Assembly (NCBI GenBank): GCA_021816955.1
Contig: JAKAWP010000005.1
Coordinates: 1-49,390 of the forward strand
Source of the DNA: Thermoplasmata archaeon
Lineage (GTDB): Archaea > Thermoplasmatota > Thermoplasmata > Lutacidiplasmatales > UBA184
Reading direction: 5' to 3'
DNA: 49,390 nt
Part shown: positions 24,026 through 33,801 of the stretch, piece after piece
Layout: each line of letters starts with the position of its first letter
Position numbering within the stretch: the first letter of the stretch is position 1
Position numbers and translations under genes: made by a program
Notes under the pieces: model-generated
Databases searched by the model: none
Seen by the model: the letters and a program-made list of their open reading frames with translations, nothing else
Told to the model about the DNA's origin: nothing

Positions 24026-24592
24026 TCACGGGCGCCGAAGACGATCCGCGTACTGCCGACGGAACTTCGCCACCTTCGGCGCGATGACGAACTGACAGTA
24101 CGCCTGCTCCGGATGCCGCTCGAAGTACTCGCGGTGGTACTCTTCGGCCGGATAGAACGCCGTGAACGGCACGACTTCGGTCACGATCGGCCGCGAGTAC
24201 AGCCGCTCGTTCGTCACCTCGGAGATCACCTCTCGCACCGTCCGCTCCTCGTCGGAGTCCCGGACGAAGATGACCGAACGGTACTGCGGCCCGACGTCGT
24301 TCCCTTGGCGGTTCACCGTCGTCGGGTCGTGCACGGTGAAGAAGATACGGACGAGGTCCCGGTAGCTCACGATCCGAGGGTCGTAGGCGATCTGGACGAC
24401 TTCGGCATGGCCGGTCCGACCCGTGCAGACGGCTTCGTACGTCGGGTGAGGGACCGTCCCACCCGCATAGCCCGGATCGACCCGGCGCACGCCGTTCAGG
24501 AGGCGATAGACTGCCTCCACGCACCAGAAGCAACCGCCTCCGAACGTCGCGAGCCGTTCGGTCGGCGCCTCGGAGGAAGGAGCGTCGGGCAT
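24026..24592 (-). CDS. msrA: peptide-methionine (S)-S-oxide reductase
   Basis: 188 aa. Active-site GGGCFWCVE. HAEVVQIAYDP and GNDVGPQYRS motifs. Confidence 0.9.
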   Translation of the reverse strand: MPDAPSSEAPTERLATFGGGCFWCVEAVYRLLNGVRRVDPGYAGGTVPHPTYEAVCTGRTGHAEVVQIAYDPRIVSYRDLVRIFFTVHDPTTVNRQGNDVGPQYRSVIFVRDSDEERTVREVISEVTNERLYSRPIVTEVVPFTAFYPAEEYHREYFERHPEQAYCQFVIAPKVAKFRRQYADRLRRP

Positions 24593-24594
24593 CG

Positions 24595-25455
24595 TCAGCC
24601 GCCGGGTGGTCCGGGCGCCCCGCGGTCAAGACGTTTGCTCCCGGAAAGCGCGAAGACGAGCGGAACGAGCCGCTGGCGGTTCGTCGCTCCGCGCAGGGCG
24701 TCCTCCCGATAGGCGCTCTGGCGACGGAGAAGCCCGGCCGTCCGGAGCGAAAATCGCACGTCGTGCTCGACCCGCCAGAGGATCAAGCCGTCGGCCGGGG
24801 CGAGCGGGAGGGAGAGCACCCGCTCGCCGCGGGCGGCCGCGCCGATCGCCTCGAGGGAGAGGCGCCCGGCTTCGACGGCCAACATCGCCGCTACGATCTT
24901 CCGGACCATCCCCCAGACAAACGACGGGGCGCTCACCTCGATCCAGACCCCGCCGACGCCCGGCCGAAGGCGGATCGGTTCGATCGGGCGGAAGAGTGGG
25001 TGATCGAGCGGGATTCCGCGGCCGAACGAACGGACGTCGACGCGGTCGCCGAGCGCGCGGGCGACGGGCGCGAGCCGGGCGGCGCGCGCCCGGGGTCCGG
25101 GTAGGAAGTAGCGGTACGTCCGGCGGCGGGCGCGGCGGACCCGGAACGAGTCGGGAACGGCCGCGATCGCGCGGAACAACAGATCCGGAGCGATTCCGTT
25201 CATCGCCCGCAAGACGGCCGCCTCCTCAAGGTGGCTCGAGAGCGCGAGCGCGTTTGCGCGGGCGCTCACCCCGGCATCGGTCCGGCTCGCGACTTCGAGA
25301 CGGGCGTCGTCCGCCGACGGCGCGATCCCGAGCCGACGGACCCCGTCTCGGATCACGCCTTCCACGGTGCGACGGCCGGGCTGGCGCGCCCAGCCGACGA
25401 ACCCCGTTCCGTCGTAGCCGAACTCGAGCAGGTAGCGGGTCGGGATCTCGCGCAC
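24595..25455 (-). CDS. truA: tRNA pseudouridine(38-40) synthase
   Basis: 286 aa. FGYDGTGFVGWARQP N-terminus. Catalytic Asp motif SRTDAGVSA. Ends 2 nt before the msrA start. Confidence 0.85.
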   Translation of the reverse strand: MREIPTRYLLEFGYDGTGFVGWARQPGRRTVEGVIRDGVRRLGIAPSADDARLEVASRTDAGVSARANALALSSHLEEAAVLRAMNGIAPDLLFRAIAAVPDSFRVRRARRRTYRYFLPGPRARAARLAPVARALGDRVDVRSFGRGIPLDHPLFRPIEPIRLRPGVGGVWIEVSAPSFVWGMVRKIVAAMLAVEAGRLSLEAIGAAARGERVLSLPLAPADGLILWRVEHDVRFSLRTAGLLRRQSAYREDALRGATNRQRLVPLVFALSGSKRLDRGAPGPPGG

Positions 25456-25494
25456 GGTCGATCGTTGCCTGGTCTCGTCCGCTCAGGCGCGCGG

Positions 25495-26979
25495 CTACAC
25501 CGACTCTTCGATCTCCCCGACCTCGAGGCGGCCGGCGAGGGCGGGAGCGATCTCGGCCAAGATTTCGAGGTGGCGATCGACGTCCTGTTCCGTATGCTGG
25601 ACCGACAGCGTCCACTGCTCGTCCGGCCCGGTCCCGGACGGAATCAAGCCGCGGTTGAGCGAGAGGTAGTAGTAGCGCATCGACCGCTCGCCGTCGACGG
25701 TGAGGAAATCCCGCCAGTTGCGGACGGGATGGTCGGAGAAGTAGACCGTTCCCGACGGGCCGTCGTGGCAGACGTGGGCCGTCACGTGCGCGTCCCGGAG
25801 CACTTCCGCGTAGCCGCGAGCGAGCCGGTCGTTGAGGCGGGCCGAGCGGGCGAGCGCCTCGTCGGTGAGGATGTGGTCGAGCGAGGCGAGGCAGGCGGTC
25901 AGGGCGAGCGGGTTCGAGTTGTACGTCCCCGCGTGGGCGACCTTCCGGGGGCCGACCTCGTCCAGGATCCGGGGCGCCGCGGCGATCGCCGAGAGCGGAA
26001 TGCCGCAGGCGATCGACTTGCCGAGCGTCATGAGGTCCGGGCGGACGCCGAGCCGGCCCGCACCGCCCTTCGGGTACTTGGCGCCGGTCTTGATCTCGTC
26101 CAAGATGAGGAGCGCCCCGACCTCGTCGCAGAGCTCCCGCAACCCGGGGAAGAACTCCGGGTCCGGAACGATGAACCCCATGTTCATCGGGATCGGCTCG
26201 GCAATGATCGCGGCGAGGTCGTCGGCGTGCTCGCGGACGATTCGCGTCGTCGCCTCGAGGTCGTTGAACGGCGCGACGAGCGTCCGTTCGGTGAGCGCGG
26301 GGACGAGCCCGGGGGAGGCGGGCGCCGAATTCGGGCGGTCGGGAGCGCCCGCGACCTCGGCCCGAGGCTTCACTCCGACCAATAGCGTATCGTGCGAGCC
26401 GTGGTAGCACCCCTCGAACTTGAGCACGTACGTGCGGCGAGTGAACGCGCGGGCGAACCGCACGGCGTGATGCGTCGCTTCAAGCCCGGTCGTGCTGAAC
26501 CGCACGCTCGCCATCCCGAACCGATCGCAGATCCGCTGGGCGACTTCGGGCGTCCGTTCCCATTCGTAGCCGTAGATCGTTCCGTCCCGGATCTGGCGTT
26601 CGAGCGCCGCGACGAGCTTCGGATGGGCGTGGCCGGACTGGAGCGAGCCGAACGCCATGTTGAAGTCGAGGTACCGATTGCCGTCGGCGTCCCAGAGATG
26701 GACCCCTTCGGCCCGGTGGACGTAGAACGGATACGGCTCTAGAAACCGGTAGTTCGAGTGGACCCCGAGGGGGCTCGTACGCCGCGCCGACTCCCAGAGG
26801 CGCTGGGAGGTCGGCGTGCGCCGGCGGTAGGCGTCGTAGGTCGCTTGGGTGGCGGCGTCCAGACTCCCATCTCCCTCGCCCGGCTCGACCGGAGCGATTC
26901 CTGCAGAGGCGGAGAGGTTCAAAACGCCTACCCCGCGTATTCGGCGATCAACGACGGAGGCCCCGGCCGAGAATCTCAA
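25495..26979 (-). CDS. class-III PLP aminotransferase, glutamate-1-semialdehyde aminomutase-like subfamily
   Basis: 494 aa as listed. The start is uncertain (ATG 26979 or TTG 26922). Motifs YLDFNMAFGSLQSGHAHP, KFEGCYHGSHD, LILDEIKTG and the PLP-lysine context GKSIACG. Confidence 0.8.
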   Translation of the reverse strand: MRFSAGASVVDRRIRGVGVLNLSASAGIAPVEPGEGDGSLDAATQATYDAYRRRTPTSQRLWESARRTSPLGVHSNYRFLEPYPFYVHRAEGVHLWDADGNRYLDFNMAFGSLQSGHAHPKLVAALERQIRDGTIYGYEWERTPEVAQRICDRFGMASVRFSTTGLEATHHAVRFARAFTRRTYVLKFEGCYHGSHDTLLVGVKPRAEVAGAPDRPNSAPASPGLVPALTERTLVAPFNDLEATTRIVREHADDLAAIIAEPIPMNMGFIVPDPEFFPGLRELCDEVGALLILDEIKTGAKYPKGGAGRLGVRPDLMTLGKSIACGIPLSAIAAAPRILDEVGPRKVAHAGTYNSNPLALTACLASLDHILTDEALARSARLNDRLARGYAEVLRDAHVTAHVCHDGPSGTVYFSDHPVRNWRDFLTVDGERSMRYYYLSLNRGLIPSGTGPDEQWTLSVQHTEQDVDRHLEILAEIAPALAGRLEVGEIEESV

Positions 26980-27004
26980 AGCTTCCGACGGCCCGGCCGG
27001 CTCG

Positions 27005-28423
27005 ATGAGCGAGCCGGCCCCGCTCGCGAACCTGATCGGCGGCGAGTGGGTCGATCTCCCTGATGCAGTGACCCTCGACGTCCCCGATCCCCGATCGGGC
27101 CGGTCGATCGGCCGGGTTCCGCTCTCCCCGCCGTCCGAGGTCGACCGGGCCGTCCAGGCGGCCCGTCAGGCGTTCGGGAAGTGGCGCGACGTCCCCGTCC
27201 CCGAGCGGGCCCGGCTCATCCTGCGGTGGGCCCGCCTGTTGGAGCGCGACGCCGAGGCGCTCGCCGAACTCGTCGTCCGGGAGAACGGGAAATCGCTCGA
27301 CGAGGCCCGCGCGTCGGTCGCCCGGGGGATCGAAGCGACGGAGTTCGCCGCGCACGCCCCGACGACGCTCCAAGGGTCGTTTCTCGAACAGGTCGGCCGC
27401 GGCGTCGACACGACCGTCGTGCGCCAACCGGTCGGGGTCGTGGTCGGCATCACCCCGTTCAACTTCCCGGTGATGATCCCGTTGTGGATGGCGCCGCTCG
27501 CCCTCGTCTGCGGCAACGCGTTCATCCTCAAGCCGAGCGAACGGGTCCCGCTCTCCGCGGACCGGCTGGCCCGGCTCGCTGTCGAAGCGGGAGTCCCGGC
27601 CGGGGCGTTCAACCTCGTCCACGGCGGACGCGAAACGGTGGAGGCGCTCCTCGCCCACCCGGGGATCGACGCCGTATCGTTCGTCGGATCGGCGCCGACC
27701 GCCGAAACGGTCTATCGGACCGCCGCCGCGCACGGCAAGCGCGTGCAGGCGCTCGCGGGCGCGAAGAACCACCTGATCGTCCTAGCGGACGCGGACCTCG
27801 AGCGCACGGTGCCTGCCGTGATCCAGAGCGCCTTCGGCCAAGCCGGCGAGCGCTGCCTCGCGGCGAGCGTCGTCGTCGCGGTCGAGCCGGTCGGGGACGA
27901 GCTCGTGCGCCGGCTCGCGGAGGCGCTCGAACGGTTCGCGGTCGCGCCGGTGATCCGCGAGGAGCACCGGCGGCGGGTCCTCGACTGGATCGATCGAGGG
28001 GTCGCCGAGGGAGCCCGGATCGTCGCGCGGGGGCCGATCCCGGCGGATGCGGGCGGCTTCTTCGTCGAGCCGACCGTTCTCGACGGGGTCCGGCCGGAGA
28101 TGGCCGTCGCCCAAGAGGAGATCTTCGGCCCGGTCCTCTCGATCGTCCGCGTGCGGTCGCTCGATGAGGCGATTGACGTCGCGAACCGCTCGCGCTACGG
28201 CAACGCCGCGTCGATCTTCACGGCCAGCGGCCGGGCGGCCCGGGAGTTTCGGCGTCGGATCGAGGCCGGCATGCTCGGGATCAACATCTCCGTCCCGGCG
28301 CCCGCGGCGTACTTCCCGTTCGCCGGCTGGAAACGATCGTTCTACGGCGACCTCCACGCCTCCGGACGGGACGCGATCGAGTTCTACACGCACCCGAAGG
28401 TCGTCGTCAGCCGCTGGTTCTGA
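27005..28423 (+). CDS. mmsA: CoA-acylating methylmalonate/malonate-semialdehyde dehydrogenase
   Basis: 472 aa from ATG 27005 of ORF 26849..28423. ALDH fold with the MMSDH-specific GAKNH replacing the ELGGK general-base motif. Catalytic Cys in GQAGERCLAAS. C-terminal FAGWKRSFYGDLH. Confidence 0.8.
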   Translation: MSEPAPLANLIGGEWVDLPDAVTLDVPDPRSGRSIGRVPLSPPSEVDRAVQAARQAFGKWRDVPVPERARLILRWARLLERDAEALAELVVRENGKSLDEARASVARGIEATEFAAHAPTTLQGSFLEQVGRGVDTTVVRQPVGVVVGITPFNFPVMIPLWMAPLALVCGNAFILKPSERVPLSADRLARLAVEAGVPAGAFNLVHGGRETVEALLAHPGIDAVSFVGSAPTAETVYRTAAAHGKRVQALAGAKNHLIVLADADLERTVPAVIQSAFGQAGERCLAASVVVAVEPVGDELVRRLAEALERFAVAPVIREEHRRRVLDWIDRGVAEGARIVARGPIPADAGGFFVEPTVLDGVRPEMAVAQEEIFGPVLSIVRVRSLDEAIDVANRSRYGNAASIFTASGRAAREFRRRIEAGMLGINISVPAPAAYFPFAGWKRSFYGDLHASGRDAIEFYTHPKVVVSRWF

Positions 28424-28449
28424 CCGTCCCCGACGGGCGTCACCGCGGC

Positions 28450-29784
28450 CTACGGCGCCACGGCCGCGTCCGCCACTGCGAGGGCCCGGTCGAGCACGTC
28501 CAACCCCCGGTCGAGCTCGGCCCGCTCGATGATGAGCGGGGGCGCGAGGATCAGGTGCGACACCCAGCTCACGCAGTAGACGCCGTCCTTCAGCATCGCC
28601 TGGGCGACCGCGTCCGCGACGAGCGGTCGTCCGGCGAGTTTGTCGTCCTCGGTGTTGAACGGTGCCTTCGTACGACGGTTCTTCACGAGTTCGACGGCGG
28701 CGAAGAGGCCGAGCCCCCGCACGTCCCCGACCGACGGGTGGCGCGCGGCGATCTCGCGAAGCCGCGCCAGCAGGTACTCGCCCTCCCGGCGCGACCGCGC
28801 GAGCAGGTCGAGCCGACGGTACTCTTCGATCGCGGCGACCGCCGGGGCCAAGGTGAGCGGGTGCGCCTCGTAGGTGTGCCCGTGCGGGAAGTAGCGGTCG
28901 CGGAACGCGTCGTGGATCGCCGCGGTCGTCGCCGTGAGCCCGAGCGGGACGTAGGCGCCGGTGATCCCCTTCGCCGTCGTCAAAAGGTCCGGCACGACCT
29001 GCCAGTGCTGGACGGCGAACCACTCGCCGACGCGGCCCCAGCCGCTCATCACCTCGTCCGCGATCAATAGGACGTCATGGCGCCGGGTGATCGCCCGCAG
29101 GCGCGGGAGGTACTCGGGCACCGGGACGATCACCCCGTTCGTGCCGACGACGGGCTCGACGATCATGGCGGCCACATCGCCGGCCGTGGTGAGGAGGTCG
29201 TCGACGTACTCGGCGCAGGCGACGCCGCAGCTCGGGTACGAGAGTCCGAACGGGCACCGGTAGCAGTAGCAATCCGGGGCAAAGACGGTCCCGGGAACTT
29301 CGTGGAGCCCGGCGCTCGCCCGCCGGCGGAAGTCGCCGGTGACGCTGATCGAGGCCGCCGTGCTGCCGTGGTACGACCGGCGGCGCGCGACGATCTGCCG
29401 GCGGCCGGTCACGACCCGGGCGATCTTGAGGGCGGCCTCGTTCGCCTCGGTCCCCGACGTGCTGAAGAAGAACCGGTCGACCCCGGGGGGCACGACCTCG
29501 CGCAACGCCTCGCTCAAGCGGGCCCGGGCGAACGTGGCGAAGCCAGGGGCCGCGTACGGAAGGGTGCGCGCCTGCTCGGCGATCGCCGCCTGGACCTTTT
29601 CGTTGCCGTGGCCGAGGTTCGTCGCCATGAGCTGGCTCGAGAAGTCGAGGTAGGCGCGGCCCGCCGCGTCGTAGAACGTCGAGCCGTTCGCGCGGACGAC
29701 GACCAGCGGCGACCAGCCCCCTTGGCGCCGCCACGTCACATAGTTCGTCGCCTGGACCGTCGCGCGGGCCGCCGCTTCGTCCAC
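28450..29784 (-). CDS. class-III PLP aminotransferase (omega-amino acid:pyruvate / beta-alanine- or taurine-pyruvate type)
   Basis: About 444 aa from GTG 29784 of the composite ORF 28450..31080. Motifs YLDFSSQLMATNLGHG, FSTSGTEANEAALK, LLIADEVMSGWGRVG and the Lys context TAKGITG. GTG lies 23 nt after the stop of the upstream amidohydrolase gene. Confidence 0.8.
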   Translation of the reverse strand: MDEAAARATVQATNYVTWRRQGGWSPLVVVRANGSTFYDAAGRAYLDFSSQLMATNLGHGNEKVQAAIAEQARTLPYAAPGFATFARARLSEALREVVPPGVDRFFFSTSGTEANEAALKIARVVTGRRQIVARRRSYHGSTAASISVTGDFRRRASAGLHEVPGTVFAPDCYCYRCPFGLSYPSCGVACAEYVDDLLTTAGDVAAMIVEPVVGTNGVIVPVPEYLPRLRAITRRHDVLLIADEVMSGWGRVGEWFAVQHWQVVPDLLTTAKGITGAYVPLGLTATTAAIHDAFRDRYFPHGHTYEAHPLTLAPAVAAIEEYRRLDLLARSRREGEYLLARLREIAARHPSVGDVRGLGLFAAVELVKNRRTKAPFNTEDDKLAGRPLVADAVAQAMLKDGVYCVSWVSHLILAPPLIIERAELDRGLDVLDRALAVADAAVAP

Positions 29785-29807
29785 GGATAGATGGAGGCGC
29801 CGGCCGT

Positions 29808-30677
29808 TTAAGGCGTGTTGCGTTCGCCCGAGCGCGCCGGCCAGCCGAAGAGCCGCCGAGCGTTGGCGCCGAGGATCGCCCGCCGGTCCGCCTCGGAAAG
29901 GTCGAGCGACCGGACGAAATCGACCGCGGCGCGCAGGCTGCCGAGCGGCCAGTCGGAGCCGTAGAGGATCCGGTCGGCGTGGCCGATCGATTCGATCGCC
30001 TCGGTGATCCGCCGTCCGAGGCTCTTCAGGAGCCGGGGGTACAGCGGCGCCGACGGCGGTCCGAACAACCCCGAAGTGTCGGCGTAGACGTTCGCGTTCT
30101 TGTAGACGATCTCGGCCGCCTCCTCGATCCACGGGTTGCCGAAGTGGCAGAGCACGATCGCGACGTCGGGGTGCTCGACGGCGACCTCGTCGACGGCGAG
30201 CGGGCGGGCGAATTTGAGGAGGCCCCGCGGCTCGAGCGTGTCGCCCTGATGGATCAGCACGGGGATCTTCCGCCGCCGCGCGAGCGCGTAGACCGGCGCG
30301 AGCCGCGGGTCGCTCGGGTAGAACGCCTGGTAGCCCGGGAACAGCTTGATCGCCGCGAGGTCGGCGACGGCGTCCCAGGCCGCGACCGCCTCTTCGACGG
30401 CATAGGCGCCCTGCGTCGGGTCGACCGTCGCCACGGCATGGAGGCGGCCGCCGCTCGCCCGCACGAGCTCGGTCTCCTCCTCGATCCCCGCGGCCGCGGA
30501 TGGGACGTGATGGACCGGGATCGCGAGCGCGTCCGAGATTCCGGCGTCGTCCATCTCCGCGAGGAGACCGCGGACGGTGTAGTCGATCGGAGTGCGGTAC
30601 GCGGTCCGTTCCAGGTCGCGCCAGTAGCGCGTGAGGTGGACGTGGACGTCGATCGCGGCGGGATCGGCCGGGGGCAC
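29808..30677 (-). CDS. amidohydrolase-2 family metal-dependent hydrolase (TIM barrel)
   Basis: 289 aa. N-terminal HxH (IDVHVHL), VLCHFGNPW and the Asp context YGSDWP. Confidence 0.75.
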   Translation of the reverse strand: MPPADPAAIDVHVHLTRYWRDLERTAYRTPIDYTVRGLLAEMDDAGISDALAIPVHHVPSAAAGIEEETELVRASGGRLHAVATVDPTQGAYAVEEAVAAWDAVADLAAIKLFPGYQAFYPSDPRLAPVYALARRRKIPVLIHQGDTLEPRGLLKFARPLAVDEVAVEHPDVAIVLCHFGNPWIEEAAEIVYKNANVYADTSGLFGPPSAPLYPRLLKSLGRRITEAIESIGHADRILYGSDWPLGSLRAAVDFVRSLDLSEADRRAILGANARRLFGWPARSGERNTP

Positions 30678-30753
30678 ACCCGACCGACCGGCCCCAAGGC
30701 CATAACGGGTTCCGTCCGAGGATCGAGGGGGACGGCCGGACCCCTACCGTCAT

Positions 30754-32268
30754 ATGGGCCGAGGCCCTCGTCATGGCGGAGGCGGGGTCGTGGCGGCCGA
30801 CGGCTGGCGGAGTTTCCCGGACGCTCCCAAGATCGTCCATCCGCCGCCTGGTCCGCGCTCCCGGGCGCTCCTCGCCCGACAAGCGGAGCTCGAGACCGAC
30901 GCCGTCGCCTACCCCGGGTACTTTCCGATCGCGGTCGCCGAAGGGCGCGGATCGACGATCGAAGATGTCGACGGCAACCGGTTCATCGACTGGGTCGCCG
31001 GGATCAGCGTTCTCAACCTGGGCCACCGCCACCCCCGCCTCGAGGCAGCGCTCCGCGCGCAGTCCGAGCGGGTCTGGCATGCGCTCGAACTTCCGACCGA
31101 GGCGAGGATCCGGTTCCTCGAGGAGCTCATCCCCGTGCTACCGGGCGGCCTCGCCGGCCGCGCGAAGGTCCTCTTCACCGTCACGGGCGCGGACGCGGTC
31201 GAGACGGCGGTGAGCTTGGCCGAGTACGCGACGGGGCGCGCGGGTGTCGTCGCGTTCTCGGGCGCGTACCACGGGGTCCACGGTGGCGCGGTCAACCTGA
31301 CGGCGGGGCGTCGGTACCGGGCGACGAGCGCCTTCGTCGGGGGCCGGGTCGTGCGGGTCCCGTTCCCGGACCCCTACCGATCCGTCCTCGGCGCCGACGA
31401 GGGATCGGCCGGGACGATCCGCTACCTCGAGCATCTCGTCCGCGACCCGGCTTCGGGGGTCGACGACCTCGCGGCCGTCGTCGTCGAGCCGATCCAAGGG
31501 GAAGGAGGCTACGTCGTCCCGCCCGACGACTTTCTTCCCGAGCTGCGGGCGTTCTGCGACCGCCACGGTCTATTGTTGATCGCCGACGAGGTACAGAGCG
31601 GCCTCGGCCGGACCGGCAAGTTCTGGGCGGTCGACCACGCGAAGGTCACCCCCGACATCGTCTGCATTGCGAAGTCGATCGGGGGCGGGATCCCCCTCAG
31701 CCTCGTGGCGTACCGGGCCGACCTCGTGAAGGAGCTTCCCCGCGGCTTTCACCTCGGGACGTACCGGGGGAACCCGCTCGGACTCGCTGTCGGCGTCGAA
31801 GTCCTGCGCGAGCTCAAGACGACCGACCTCATCGCCCGGACCGCTCGGCGCGGCGATCGGTTGATTGACCGATTCCGCTCGTTCCAGGCCGACCATCCGT
31901 CGATCGGGGATGTCCGGGGGCGCGGCTTCATGATCGGGATCGAGTTCGTCGACTCGCCGACCCGGCGGACCCCGTGGGGCGACGGGGCGAAGGCGATGCG
32001 TCGGGCGCTCCTACAGCGGGGCGTCCTGATGCACACGGCCGGGGCGTTCGACCAGGTGCTGCGGTTCATGGCCCCGCTCGTCATCGAAGACGAGCTGCTC
32101 GAGCGCGGCCTCGCCGCGTTCGAAGCGGCGCTCGACGAGATCGACCCCGCGCCCGAACGAACCGTCCCGGCGCCCGCGCCGCCGGCGCCCCGGTCGCTCG
32201 CCCCCCGGACGGCCCCCGTGGGAGCCGGAGGACGACCCTCACCGATCCTCCCGTCCGGGGCTGACTGA
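30754..32268 (+). CDS. class-III PLP aminotransferase, 4-aminobutyrate aminotransferase-like
   Basis: 504 aa. PGPRSRALL N-terminus typical of GabT-like enzymes. Motifs FIDWVAGISVLNLGHRHP, VVEPIQGEGG, LLIADEVQSGLGRTG and the Lys context IAKSIGGG. Confidence 0.8.
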   Translation: MGRGPRHGGGGVVAADGWRSFPDAPKIVHPPPGPRSRALLARQAELETDAVAYPGYFPIAVAEGRGSTIEDVDGNRFIDWVAGISVLNLGHRHPRLEAALRAQSERVWHALELPTEARIRFLEELIPVLPGGLAGRAKVLFTVTGADAVETAVSLAEYATGRAGVVAFSGAYHGVHGGAVNLTAGRRYRATSAFVGGRVVRVPFPDPYRSVLGADEGSAGTIRYLEHLVRDPASGVDDLAAVVVEPIQGEGGYVVPPDDFLPELRAFCDRHGLLLIADEVQSGLGRTGKFWAVDHAKVTPDIVCIAKSIGGGIPLSLVAYRADLVKELPRGFHLGTYRGNPLGLAVGVEVLRELKTTDLIARTARRGDRLIDRFRSFQADHPSIGDVRGRGFMIGIEFVDSPTRRTPWGDGAKAMRRALLQRGVLMHTAGAFDQVLRFMAPLVIEDELLERGLAAFEAALDEIDPAPERTVPAPAPPAPRSLAPRTAPVGAGGRPSPILPSGAD

Positions 32269-32292
32269 CGGCCGGAAACGGCCGCCGACCGC

Positions 32293-33801
32293 TCACGTCG
32301 CGTAGTTGACGCTGATCAGCTTCACTTCGGTCATCTCCTCCATCGCGTAGCGAAGGCCCTCGCGGCCGACGCCGCTCGCCTTGATCCCCCCGAACGGGAG
32401 CGCGTCCCAGCGCAAGGTCGTCGGGTCGTTGATGTGCACGCCCCCCGCCCTCAGCCGCTTCGCGAACCGGAACGCGCGCGAGAGGTCCCGGGTGTACACG
32501 GCCGCTTGGAGTCCGTAGGGCGTCCCGTTCGCGATCGCCGCCGCTTCGTCTTCGTCGCGGAACCGGACGATCGGGGCGATCGGGCCGAACGGCTCCTCCC
32601 GAACGACCGTCGACGCCGGATCGACCCGGTCGAGGACCGTCGGGAGGTAGAAGTGGCCCGTCCGACGGCCCGACGGGCGATCACCGCCGACCAACAGCTC
32701 GGCCGAGCGGGCGCGCGCCTCGCGGACCATCGCGTCGATCCGTTCGACCGCCCGTCCGTCGATGAGCGGCCCCACGTCCGTCGATTCGTCGAGCGCGGGG
32801 CCGACCGTCAGCCGTCCGGCGCGCTCCGCGAGCGCGCGAGCGAATCGATCAGCGATCCCGTCCTGGACGAGGAGGCGCTTCGACGCCGTGCAGACCTGGC
32901 CGGAGTAGCTGAACGCTCCGAGCGCGGCCGCCGCCGCCGTCGGTTCGACGGACGCGTCGTCGAGCACGACGAACGGGTCGAGCCCGCCCATCTCGAGGAT
33001 CACCCGGTGCGCGTGCCGTGCCGCCCGCTCCGCGATGTGGCGGCCGACGTCCGTCGAGCCGGTGAACGTGACGAGGCGCGTCGACGGGTGCTCGACGAGC
33101 GCGTCGCCGACGGCGCCGCCCGGCCCGCTCACCACGTTGACCGTCCCGGCCGGAAACCCCGCCGCGGCGAGGTGGTCGGCGAGCCGGTAGGCGGTGAGCG
33201 GCGCCGCGCTCGTCGGCTTGACGACGACCGGATTCCCCGCCGCGAGCGCGGGGGCCACCTTGTGCGCGAGGAGGTTCAGCGGGAAGTTGAACGGGCCAAT
33301 CGCGACGACGACCCCGATCGGGTCGCGGACCGTGAACAGAAACCGGTGCTCGTTGCCGGCCGGCCGCTCGAACGCATCGGCGGGGAACGATTCCCCCGTG
33401 AGGTGGCGGATCTCCTCCGCGGCGAACCGAAAGACGCCCACCGCGCGGTCGACCTCCCCGCGGGCGTCGCGGATCGGCTTGCCGACTTCCCGGGCGATCG
33501 TGCGGGCGAGGGACGCGCGGTCCTGGGCGAGCCGGTCGGCGACCGTCCGAAGCAAGCGGGCCCGTTCGTGGCCGGGCGTCGACCCCCATCGCTCCTCTAC
33601 GGCCGCCGCCGCTTCGACGGCCGCCCGGGCGTCGTCGGCCGTCGCGACGGCGACCTCGCCGAGCGGCTCGAGCGTCGACGGGTCGGTGATCGGAGCGTAG
33701 GCGCCCCCGCTCGGCGGGCGCTCCCGGCCCGCAATGAAGAGCTCGCGCCGGGACGGCGCGTCGACCCGGTCGGCCATCGCCTCGTTCCCGCCGCCGCTCA
33801 C
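32293..33801 (-). CDS. NAD(P)+-dependent aldehyde dehydrogenase (succinate-semialdehyde / lactaldehyde dehydrogenase-like)
   Basis: 502 aa (GTG 33801; alternative ATG about 24 nt downstream). ALDH motifs FNFPLNL, LEMGGLDP (general-base Glu), catalytic Cys in SGQVCTASKR, EEPFGP. Confidence 0.8.
   Translation of the reverse strand: MSGGGNEAMADRVDAPSRRELFIAGRERPPSGGAYAPITDPSTLEPLGEVAVATADDARAAVEAAAAVEERWGSTPGHERARLLRTVADRLAQDRASLARTIAREVGKPIRDARGEVDRAVGVFRFAAEEIRHLTGESFPADAFERPAGNEHRFLFTVRDPIGVVVAIGPFNFPLNLLAHKVAPALAAGNPVVVKPTSAAPLTAYRLADHLAAAGFPAGTVNVVSGPGGAVGDALVEHPSTRLVTFTGSTDVGRHIAERAARHAHRVILEMGGLDPFVVLDDASVEPTAAAAALGAFSYSGQVCTASKRLLVQDGIADRFARALAERAGRLTVGPALDESTDVGPLIDGRAVERIDAMVREARARSAELLVGGDRPSGRRTGHFYLPTVLDRVDPASTVVREEPFGPIAPIVRFRDEDEAAAIANGTPYGLQAAVYTRDLSRAFRFAKRLRAGGVHINDPTTLRWDALPFGGIKASGVGREGLRYAMEEMTEVKLISVNYAT

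Noticed and set aside
28450-31080. 876-aa composite minus-strand ORF
   Set aside because: Only the C-terminal ~444 codons (from GTG 29784) form a class-III aminotransferase. The N-terminal part is Arg/Pro-rich and lies out of frame over the amidohydrolase gene (29808-30677), which ends with its own TAA.
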